Of a stretch of 64,000 bases of DNA, positions 56,856 to 64,000 are shown piece by piece. Source of the DNA: Fimbriimonadaceae bacterium (lineage in GTDB: Bacteria > Armatimonadota > Fimbriimonadia > Fimbriimonadales > Fimbriimonadaceae); the NCBI GenBank assembly GCA_022843485.1, contig JALHNM010000002.1, positions 94,238-158,237 on the forward strand. Direction: 5' to 3'. The notes under the pieces were generated by a model that did no database searches, had not been told where the DNA came from, and saw nothing but the letters and a program-made list of their open reading frames with translations. Made by a program: the position numbers and the translations under genes. Each line of letters begins with the position of its first letter. Position 1 is the stretch's first letter.

Positions 56856-58292
56856 GTGAGCCCGCTCCTGCTGGCGGCCCTGGTCATGCGTGAGACGTCC
56901 GACCCACCGACCCTGACCCGCGAGTTCAGGGGGGTCTGGATCGCCACCGTCGCCAACATCGATTGGCCGAGCCGCCCCGGTCTCCCGGTCGCCGAGGCCA
57001 AGGCGGAGATGCGCTCCACTCTCGCGGCCCTGTCCCGAGCAGGGTGTAACGCGGTCGTGCTCCAGGTCCGGCCGATGGCCGACGCCCTGTACCGCTCGCG
57101 CCTCGAGCCCTGGTCGAGTTTTGTTTCAGGGCGCCAAGGGAAGAGCCCCGGCTTCGACCCGCTGGCTTTCGCGGTGACGACCGCCCACGCGGAGGGGATG
57201 GAACTTCATGCCTGGGTCAACCCGTTCCGGGCTCGCCACGCGACGTTCGAAGGGCCCGCCGACCCCACTCACGTCACCCGGCGGCACCCGGGGTGGGTCG
57301 TCGAGTACGGCAATCAAGCCTGGGTCGACCCCAACGCCCCCGGCGCCCAGGCCCATGCCCTCGCCGTCGTCGAGGACATCGTCCGGCGGTACGACGTGGA
57401 CGGGCTGCACATCGACGACTACTTCTATCCCTACCCCGTGCGCCGGGCGGACGGGACGAAGCTCCCCTTCCCAGACGAGCGCAGTTGGGCGAAGCGCGCC
57501 CCGGGCACGACGGACCGCGACGCGTGGAGGCGAGCGGCCTGCGACCGGTTCGTACGCGACCTCTACCGCCGGGTCAAGGCGGTCAAGCCCTGGGTGAAGG
57601 TGGGGGTGAGCCCCTTCGGCATCGCGCGCCCGGGCGTGCCGGAGGGGGTCACGGCCGGGATCGACCAGTACGCCGACCTCCACGCCGACCCGGTGAAGTG
57701 GCTTCGGGAGGGGTGGCTGGACTACCTGTCGCCGCAACTGTACTGGCGCCGTTCGGCTCCGCAGCAGCCGTACGACCAGTTGCTCGAGTGGTGGCTGGCG
57801 CAGGAACGACCGTCGCGTGTCCGGGTCTGGCCGGGTCTGTTCACGTCCCAAGTGGGTCCGCAAGGCGCGGACTGGCCCGCCAGCGAGATCGTGGCCCAAG
57901 TCGAGTCGGCCCAGCGCGAGGCGGGAGGTAGTGTCCACTTCAGCGCGAAGGCCCTTGTGGGCGATTGGGACGGTGTGGCGAAGGCCCTGGCGGAGGGGCC
58001 GTACCGAGACCCCGCGCTCGTCCCGACGTTCGTGGCCTCGGGCGCGGCACCCCCTCCGCCCCGGGTAGGGCAAGCCTCGGGCCGAGCGTGGCGGCTGGAA
58101 CTTGCCCCTGGGGGCACGGCCCCGGTCCGGTTCTACGTTGTGGCCCCCGAGGGCCCCGGCCGGCCGATCGTGACGACTCGGACGACGGTGGCGGTGCCGA
58201 AGGGGTGGACCCGCGTGCGGGTGGCCGCGGTCGACCGGGCTGGGCGGATCGGGCGGGCACGGGTCGTCCACCGGCCGGGGTCGGGCTCGTGA
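56856..58292 (+). CDS. glycoside-hydrolase-like family 10 (GHL10 / DUF187, YngK-like) protein
   Basis: FRGVWIATVANIDWPS ... CNAVVLQVRP ... ELHAWVNPF ... DGLHIDDYFYP, hallmark GHL10 motifs. Confidence 0.7.
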   Translation: MSPLLLAALVMRETSDPPTLTREFRGVWIATVANIDWPSRPGLPVAEAKAEMRSTLAALSRAGCNAVVLQVRPMADALYRSRLEPWSSFVSGRQGKSPGFDPLAFAVTTAHAEGMELHAWVNPFRARHATFEGPADPTHVTRRHPGWVVEYGNQAWVDPNAPGAQAHALAVVEDIVRRYDVDGLHIDDYFYPYPVRRADGTKLPFPDERSWAKRAPGTTDRDAWRRAACDRFVRDLYRRVKAVKPWVKVGVSPFGIARPGVPEGVTAGIDQYADLHADPVKWLREGWLDYLSPQLYWRRSAPQQPYDQLLEWWLAQERPSRVRVWPGLFTSQVGPQGADWPASEIVAQVESAQREAGGSVHFSAKALVGDWDGVAKALAEGPYRDPALVPTFVASGAAPPPPRVGQASGRAWRLELAPGGTAPVRFYVVAPEGPGRPIVTTRTTVAVPKGWTRVRVAAVDRAGRIGRARVVHRPGSGS

Positions 58293-58735
58293 GGGCGGTG
58301 GTCCAACGGGTCTCTCACGCTTCGGTCACCGTGGACGGCCGCGAGGTCGGGCGCTGCGGACCCGGATTCGTGGTCCTCGTGGCAGCGGGGAAGGGGGACA
58401 CCGAACTCGAGGCGAGGAAGATGGCGGACAGAGTCTGGGGAATGCGCGTCTTGCCGGACGAGACCGGGAAGATGAACCTCGCCCTCAAGGACGTGCCAGA
58501 GACGGGGGAGCCGAACGTGCTGGCCGTGAGTAACTTCACGGTCTACGGCGATGCCACCCAGCGCCGGCCGAGCTTTACCGCCGCCGCACCCTACGACGAG
58601 GGCGAGCGGCTCTTCGACGCGTTCGTCGCCGAGCTCCACCGACTCGGCGCCAGGGTCGAGACCGGCGTCTTCGGCGCGGAAATGGCCCTCACGCTCACGA
58701 ACACGGGGCCGGTCACACTCGTTGTTGAGACTTAG
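58289..58735 (+). CDS. dtd: D-aminoacyl-tRNA deacylase
   Basis: VRAVVQRVSHASVTVDGREVG ... SNFTVYGD (SQFTL-like motif) ... NTGPVTLVVET; GTG start overlaps the upstream stop (GTGA). Confidence 0.85.
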   Translation: MRAVVQRVSHASVTVDGREVGRCGPGFVVLVAAGKGDTELEARKMADRVWGMRVLPDETGKMNLALKDVPETGEPNVLAVSNFTVYGDATQRRPSFTAAAPYDEGERLFDAFVAELHRLGARVETGVFGAEMALTLTNTGPVTLVVET

Positions 58736-58880
58736 CGGCGCGCCCCCGCGGGCATCGGATGATCTGTGGCCCCGTTCACGGCCGAAAGAGCAACCGCCTT
58801 CGCCGGTATCGGTGCGAGCTCGCAAATGCTGGCTGGCAGTCGTAAAGACACCGAGCGATCCGGCTCGACACGAGCGTGAC

Positions 58881-59666
58881 TCAGAGGTCGCCTACCAGCC
58901 CTAGGGCCTCCTCGAACTCCGGGTGTTTGCGGCAGAGCGGCAGGAAGTCGCACGTCGGGCAGATCGCCTTGGGCACGGGTAGCAGCGAGGCGTAGTCGCG
59001 GTCGAGGATCTCGTGCCCGATCGCGAGGACGCACGCTTCGAACTCGGCGGCTTCCTCCTCGGTGAACGTGGCGCTGGCCCGGTCACCAGAGCGCAGGGCC
59101 AAGATCGTCGCCCGCACCGGGCGGTCGGGGAAGCTGCGACGGAGGAGGAGTTGGTAGCAGCCCATCGCGATGTCGGTCGCGACGTCCTCAGGGGTGACCG
59201 TGCCCCGTCCCGACTTGTAGTCGACGACTTCGACCGTGCCGTCCTCGTGCTCGTCGATCCGGTCCAGCCGACCGAGCAGCACGAACCGTCCCATGTCCGC
59301 CCGTAGGGTCTTCTCCACGAAAAGCGTCTTCGCGCTGACCGCCTCGACTGCCCGTAACTCCACGTACCGCTCGACGATCGCCTTACCCTCGCTCAGCGCC
59401 TGCGCCATTTCGTCCTGGCTCGAGTACCCGGCTTCGACCCAGCTCTCCTCGAGGGCGGCGACGGCCTCGGAGGTGGTCGTCACGCCCCGGTCGCCGGTGT
59501 CGTGGAAACGCTGGAGCACGGAGTGGAGCGACGTCCCGAACGAGTAGTACGACTTCGACCGGAGGTACCACTTCCCGCGGGCGTCCAGGTACGTCCACTT
59601 GTACTTGTCCGGGCACGCCAGGTAGGTGGTGATCTTCGTCGGGCTCAGCGTCGGCTTTCGGGCCAC
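58881..59666 (-). CDS. PD-(D/E)xK nuclease superfamily protein (Cas4/RecB-like) with C-terminal Cys cluster
   Basis: N-terminal LACPDKYKW Cys plus C-terminal CPTCDFLPLC (Cas4/AddB-like four-Cys Fe-S arrangement); core ...RLDRIDEHEDGTVEVVDYKSG (D-x-n-E-x-K-like). Confidence 0.55.
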   Translation of the reverse strand: MARKPTLSPTKITTYLACPDKYKWTYLDARGKWYLRSKSYYSFGTSLHSVLQRFHDTGDRGVTTTSEAVAALEESWVEAGYSSQDEMAQALSEGKAIVERYVELRAVEAVSAKTLFVEKTLRADMGRFVLLGRLDRIDEHEDGTVEVVDYKSGRGTVTPEDVATDIAMGCYQLLLRRSFPDRPVRATILALRSGDRASATFTEEEAAEFEACVLAIGHEILDRDYASLLPVPKAICPTCDFLPLCRKHPEFEEALGLVGDL

Positions 59667-59709
59667 GGCGGGTTTGTACCCAGTCCGGGCCGGGTACCTT
59701 ACCGGGGCG

Positions 59710-60768
59710 ATGAGAACGGTCTGGACGGCGGCAGTGGTGTGCGCGATCGCGGTGCTCGCGTGTACGGGCGGGGTCAGCGCGCGTCAGGGGCGAGACGGGT
59801 TGACCCGAGTCATGACGTACAACGTGGAGTGGTTCAGCGAGGACGCGAACCCCGGACGGGTCAGCAACCTGAAGGCAGTGCTCGACGAGACCGCCCCCGA
59901 CGTGGTCGGGCTCCAGGAGATCCAAAGCCGCAAAGCGCTCGGGCAGGTCTTCGGAGGCGAGTGGCAGATCGGGATGACCGACGACCCGGACGACGCACAG
60001 GAACTCGCGATCGCGGTGAGGAAGCCGCACGTCCTCGTGAGCAGCGAGATGGTCTTCCCAGGGCCGACGTTCGAGGAGTTCTTCCCGAACGGTCGCGACG
60101 CGCTGCGGGCCGTCGTCCAGACGCCCAGCGGAAGGAGGCTCATCGTCTATGTTCTCCACCTGAAGAGCCGCCGGGGCGGGCGGATGCAGACGGACTTCCA
60201 GCGCGAGGGCGCGGCCGGGCTGCTCGCCGCCTACATCGCCGCCCGTCCCGATGAGAGGAACGTCGTCGTGCTCGGCGACCTGAACGACACTCCGAACGAC
60301 AGGAGCGCCCGTATCCTGGCCACCGGCGACCTCACCGTCCCGGCCGGGGACGCCAAGCCGCCCCGCTGGCTGCTCCAGAACCTGATGACGCCGCTTTGGG
60401 ACGAGGACTACGTGACCATCGGCGTGAGCAGCCTCTTCCAGGGCTCGGCGCTCGTCCCCCGCGTGCCCGGCGCCAAAGCGGACAGCGACCGCCTCCGCGG
60501 GGTCGACTACCGGTTCCCCGACGACGTCCGGGTTCGGCAGACCCTGTTCGACCAGATCCTTGCGAGCCCAGCCGTCGCCAAAACGGCCAGAGAGCGCCCG
60601 ACCGTGTTCGCTGGACCCGCCGCGATGAGGGGTCAGGGCGGACGGGTAGTCGTCGAGGAGGGTCGCCCCGTGCAGTACACCGAAAAGGGCGATCGTGCGA
60701 GCGACCACCTCCCCGTCTACGTCGATGTGGCCGTCCCCGAAGAACCGGCGACGACCGTCGGGGGCTGA
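59710..60768 (+). CDS. secreted endonuclease/exonuclease/phosphatase (EEP) family protein
   Basis: Signal peptide MRTVWTAAVVCAIAVLACTG; RVMTYNVEWF ... VVGLQEI ... VVVLGDLNDTPND ... SDHLPVYVDV (EEP catalytic motifs). Confidence 0.7.
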   Translation: MRTVWTAAVVCAIAVLACTGGVSARQGRDGLTRVMTYNVEWFSEDANPGRVSNLKAVLDETAPDVVGLQEIQSRKALGQVFGGEWQIGMTDDPDDAQELAIAVRKPHVLVSSEMVFPGPTFEEFFPNGRDALRAVVQTPSGRRLIVYVLHLKSRRGGRMQTDFQREGAAGLLAAYIAARPDERNVVVLGDLNDTPNDRSARILATGDLTVPAGDAKPPRWLLQNLMTPLWDEDYVTIGVSSLFQGSALVPRVPGAKADSDRLRGVDYRFPDDVRVRQTLFDQILASPAVAKTARERPTVFAGPAAMRGQGGRVVVEEGRPVQYTEKGDRASDHLPVYVDVAVPEEPATTVGG

Positions 60769-60993
60769 CCTTGCGGGCCTGGCTCCGAGGCGGGGCGCAT
60801 TCGTTGTGGCTTCTCCCGGTAGGGGTCGTGGCCCTCGGCACCAAGACTAACCTCGCCCGGCGGGTTACGGGAAATCTTACGTACATATACGGGTTCTATA
60901 GCGATCGGTAGTCACAGTCTCGTCTTCTTGGTCTAACATGTCTAGCACCACCCCGGGTGGACGGCCCTCGCTTGGAGGGCCGAGGGATCAGAC

Positions 60994-61554
60994 ATGAAGA
61001 AGCTTGCTGTGCTGGCGCTCGTCGCCGTTTCGTCCTTCTCGTTCGCTCAGTCCGCCGTTTGGGACGGCGCCCTGACCTCGGCCGACCCCGTTTACAACCG
61101 AACAGTCGAGGACGGCAGCGGCCTGTCCGGCGTCGGCACGGCCGTCTTCTACGACGTCCAGCCGTTCTTCGTGCTGGCCACGGGTGAGTACACGATGGAG
61201 GTCCGGGCCCGGAACGCCGGCGAGGACACCTTCGCGTTCATCTACCGCGACCTCTTCAACCCGGGTGCCCCGACGGTCAACTTCGTCGGCGGCAACGACG
61301 ACTGGCTCGACTTCACCACCTCGAAGATCGGTGGTGGCAACGGCTCCCCGACCACGCTGATCCTCACTTCGGGCGTGCAGTACTTCGCGATCACGACGAG
61401 CTTCAGCAACGGCGACCAGTTCGCCTACGACAACAACGTCACGCCGCTGTTCCAGGGCGGTGAAGCCCGGCTCGGCATCGTTCCGGAGCCGGCGACGATG
61501 CTCGCGCTCGGAGCGGGCCTCGCGGCGATCGCCGCCCGTCGCCGCCGCAAGTAA
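60994..61554 (+). CDS. PEP-CTERM sorting-domain protein
   Basis: Signal peptide MKKLAVLALVAVSSFSFAQ; C-terminus IVPEPATMLALGAGLAAIAARRRRK. Confidence 0.8.
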   Translation: MKKLAVLALVAVSSFSFAQSAVWDGALTSADPVYNRTVEDGSGLSGVGTAVFYDVQPFFVLATGEYTMEVRARNAGEDTFAFIYRDLFNPGAPTVNFVGGNDDWLDFTTSKIGGGNGSPTTLILTSGVQYFAITTSFSNGDQFAYDNNVTPLFQGGEARLGIVPEPATMLALGAGLAAIAARRRRK

Positions 61555-61668
61555 GCGGTCCGGTATGGCGCCAAGGAGGGTCGGGGCCTAGGGCCCCGGC
61601 CCTTCTTCGCGTCAGGGAGTCCCGGCCGAGTCGGTCTCCGGGTGCCTCACTGGTACGCTCAGCCTCAC

Positions 61669-62514
61669 ATGCTCATCCGCATCGGCCACTCGCCCGACTC
61701 CGACGACGCGTTCATGTTCTACGGCCTGGCCAACGGGGTCGTCCAGTCGGAGCACGAGTTCGAGCACATCCTCCGCGACATCCAGACCCTCAACGAGTGG
61801 GCGAAGGAAGGGCGGCTCGAGTCGAGCGCGGTGAGTGTCCACGCCTTCGCCTACGTGGCCGACCGCTACGCCCTCCTCCGACACGGCGGCAGCTTCGGCG
61901 AAGGGTACGGGCCCATGATCGTCGCCCAGGCCCCGATCCCGGTCGACGAGCTCAGGGAGACCGTGATCGCGGTGCCCGGGGAACTCACGAGTGCGTTCCT
62001 TCAACTGAACGTCTGGTTCGACGAGACTTTCGGCGCCGGGGTGCGCCCGCAGTACGAGGTCGTGCCGTTCGACGAGATCATGCCTGCGGTCAAGGAAGGC
62101 CGGTTCCGTGCGGGCCTCATCATCCACGAGGGACAGCTCACCTATGCGGAGGAGGGGCTCGTCGAAATCGCCAACATGGGCACCTGGTGGCGCGACCGGA
62201 CGGGTGGACTGCCGCTTCCGCTCGGGGTGAACGTCGTGCGCAAGGACCTCGGGCCGGAGCTCTGCGCCGAGGTGTCACGGTGTATGCGGGAGAGCATCGA
62301 CGCTGGCCTTAACGCCCGCCCGAAAGCCCTCGACTACGCCCTCCAGTTCGCCCGGGGGATGGACCGACAGACCAGCGACACGTTCGTCGGCATGTACGTG
62401 AACGAGCGGACCCGGGACATGGGCGACGAAGGCGTCCGCGCGATCCGGATGCTCCTCGCCGAAGGCGCCCGCATCGGCCTCGTCCCGCCGGTGGACGTCG
62501 AAGTCGTGGACTGA
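61669..62514 (+). CDS. MqnA/MqnD family (futalosine-pathway menaquinone biosynthesis; chorismate dehydratase / 1,4-dihydroxy-6-naphthoate synthase)
   Basis: MLIRIGHSPDSDDAFMFYGL ... DIQTLNEWAKEGRLESSAVSVHAF, typical MqnA/MqnD PBP-like-fold N-terminus; track ORF starts 9 codons earlier. Confidence 0.65.
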   Translation: MLIRIGHSPDSDDAFMFYGLANGVVQSEHEFEHILRDIQTLNEWAKEGRLESSAVSVHAFAYVADRYALLRHGGSFGEGYGPMIVAQAPIPVDELRETVIAVPGELTSAFLQLNVWFDETFGAGVRPQYEVVPFDEIMPAVKEGRFRAGLIIHEGQLTYAEEGLVEIANMGTWWRDRTGGLPLPLGVNVVRKDLGPELCAEVSRCMRESIDAGLNARPKALDYALQFARGMDRQTSDTFVGMYVNERTRDMGDEGVRAIRMLLAEGARIGLVPPVDVEVVD

Positions 62515-62636
62515 CTCTCACGTTTCATGTGAGGGATCGTTGAAAAGACGGTCAACAGCGTGGTAGGCTTCCCATATCGGTAAGTCTGTCGCTGGCGCCT
62601 CTGGACGTGTGCGCTTGCGCAAGGAGCGCTCACTCT

Positions 62637-64000
62637 ATGTCTCATCAGGCCCCCCAGGGCACTCGGCGGCCCTCGTTCCTGAAGAAAGTTGCTGCCACGT
62701 GCGGGTCTCTGATCGAATGGTTAGCCAATAGGATTCCTTCACTCAGGGATAGCGTCGTAAGTCGGACGAGGAGTACCTGGTACCGAGTTAGGGCCTGGCG
62801 TCTACCGCCTATTGTTGCTCTCCCATTGTGGCTAGTTTGCCTTCTGGCGCTCCTAATCGTCCCCTTTTCGCCGTCTGTGCAGAAACACCTTAGCGTCGTC
62901 GAGACGCCGCGCGCCCGGAACCAATGTTGCGCGGCCAGCTACCTTCGTTTCTTTTCAGTCAGGGATGCGTCTAAGGCGGTTTACGTTCCCAACTCGAAGC
63001 TACCTCCGAGCGACTTCGCCCGTTGGCTTCTCGTGAACGAGGTCCAGCTCGATGAGCAGATGGCGGAGTCGCTTATGCCTGACCTGGGCCGCACCCCTGT
63101 ATACGTGCTGGGGTTCGATGTTCGTGACCTCATGGCCAGGCATCTGACCCTTATCCGGCGGAAGAGAGAGCGGCGTATTGAGGTCATCCTCCTCGCGTTC
63201 TATCGATCCTATCTTACGGAAGCGGGGGTGAACCAACCGGACTTCTTGGTTCGACACGAGCAGTACCTCGGTTCTTCGATCAGCAGGCCCGATGGCGGCG
63301 ACCCTGCTCTAGCGACTGATCGGGACGTTCCCCGGCTCACACCATACGTCCTGAGGTTCGAGTACTGCCCTACCCGGCTCGTTTCGGCGGATCCGGCCCG
63401 ACCAAACCCGAACGTCCACTCTGTGGCGCGGATCATCGGGATGGACATCTATCCGTCGGGCGACCTGCCCGCGTTCGGAGCGGCAGGGAGCACGTTCTCG
63501 GCCCTTCTCGCTGGCTTCGCCCTTACGGTCGCAGCCCTCCTCTTGGAGCGCAGGGGCTCGAACACGACGAAAGCGAGCCGTGCAGACCGCCACCTGCACC
63601 GAACGGCTGTATCGCTCCTCTTGCTTTCGTGTGGCCTACTTGCTTTCGCGACTGCATCTGGGCTCATTGTGTCTGGACTTCCCGCCTACTCAATGCAAGC
63701 CCTGCTGCTCCTTCAAGTGTTCGCGCTTGGCCTGATCATGGGAATCTCGGTCATGTTCTACGGCCTGTTCCTCGCCATGTTGCAGAACTCGAACAGCGAG
63801 GAGTACCGCGCCGCCCAGTACGTCCTCTTGCTTGCCGTCACGGGTACGGTCGTTCTCGGTGCGTTTCAATCAGCCACGGTGCCTGCCGTACTGGTTACGG
63901 AAGAGGGGAGGGCGGCAGCATTTCTCCCTGGTCTCTCCTATCTTGCGGGTGGCTTCCTCCTGGCGGTCAACGCGATGTACCGCGCTTGGTGGAGACCACG
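62637..64000 (+). CDS. hypothetical multi-pass membrane protein, 3'-truncated by window end (absent from ORF track)
   Basis: ATG 62637 preceded by AAGGAG (62621-62626); open frame of >=454 codons to the window end with no stop. Lower GC than surroundings, many rare codons (TTA, AGG, ATT, TCA, GTA, AGT). N-terminal TM PPIVALPLWLVCLLALLIVPF and at least four C-terminal TM segments. Confidence 0.6.
   Translation, partial: MSHQAPQGTRRPSFLKKVAATCGSLIEWLANRIPSLRDSVVSRTRSTWYRVRAWRLPPIVALPLWLVCLLALLIVPFSPSVQKHLSVVETPRARNQCCAASYLRFFSVRDASKAVYVPNSKLPPSDFARWLLVNEVQLDEQMAESLMPDLGRTPVYVLGFDVRDLMARHLTLIRRKRERRIEVILLAFYRSYLTEAGVNQPDFLVRHEQYLGSSISRPDGGDPALATDRDVPRLTPYVLRFEYCPTRLVSADPARPNPNVHSVARIIGMDIYPSGDLPAFGAAGSTFSALLAGFALTVAALLLERRGSNTTKASRADRHLHRTAVSLLLLSCGLLAFATASGLIVSGLPAYSMQALLLLQVFALGLIMGISVMFYGLFLAMLQNSNSEEYRAAQYVLLLAVTGTVVLGAFQSATVPAVLVTEEGRAAAFLPGLSYLAGGFLLAVNAMYRAWWRP

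Noticed and set aside
62981-63667. Five short minus-strand ORFs at the window end
   Set aside because: All are antisense to the long uninterrupted plus-strand ORF starting at 62637, which has a proper RBS. They are not independent genes.

Overview
High-GC (~68%) bacterial chromosomal window. Prepilin-leader DUF1559 proteins, PEP-CTERM proteins and WD40 repeats suggest a Planctomycetota/Armatimonadota-like organism. Housekeeping content: partial nusA, ylxR, infB; a stand-alone rplJ-rplL operon; glmU-prs; upp; clpP-clpX; accB; galE; dtd; hppD; tnaA; tRNA-Gln and tRNA-Leu; futalosine-pathway genes (mqnC/E-like radical SAM, mqnA/D-like). Accessory content: a Hen1-Pnkp RNA-repair cassette whose Pnkp is interrupted by one in-frame TAA exactly between the phosphatase and ligase domains; four secreted proteins carrying unrelated N-terminal modules but one shared, unrecognised ~150-aa C-terminal domain; two PEP-CTERM proteins; an isolated flagellin gene; a small ORF / nucleotidyltransferase / unknown protein / P-loop kinase islet; an SPFH plus zinc-ribbon membrane pair; three separate nuclease-family proteins; a 4 x 67-bp tandem repeat overlapping the galE stop, with a diverged single copy of its double-hairpin motif about 1.1 kb upstream; and a lower-GC, atypical-codon membrane-protein ORF (62637 to window end) that the six-frame track missed because it has no stop inside the window. 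Many long opposite-strand ORFs in the track are high-GC artefacts. Internal start coordinates are frame-consistent estimates and may be off by 1 nt.
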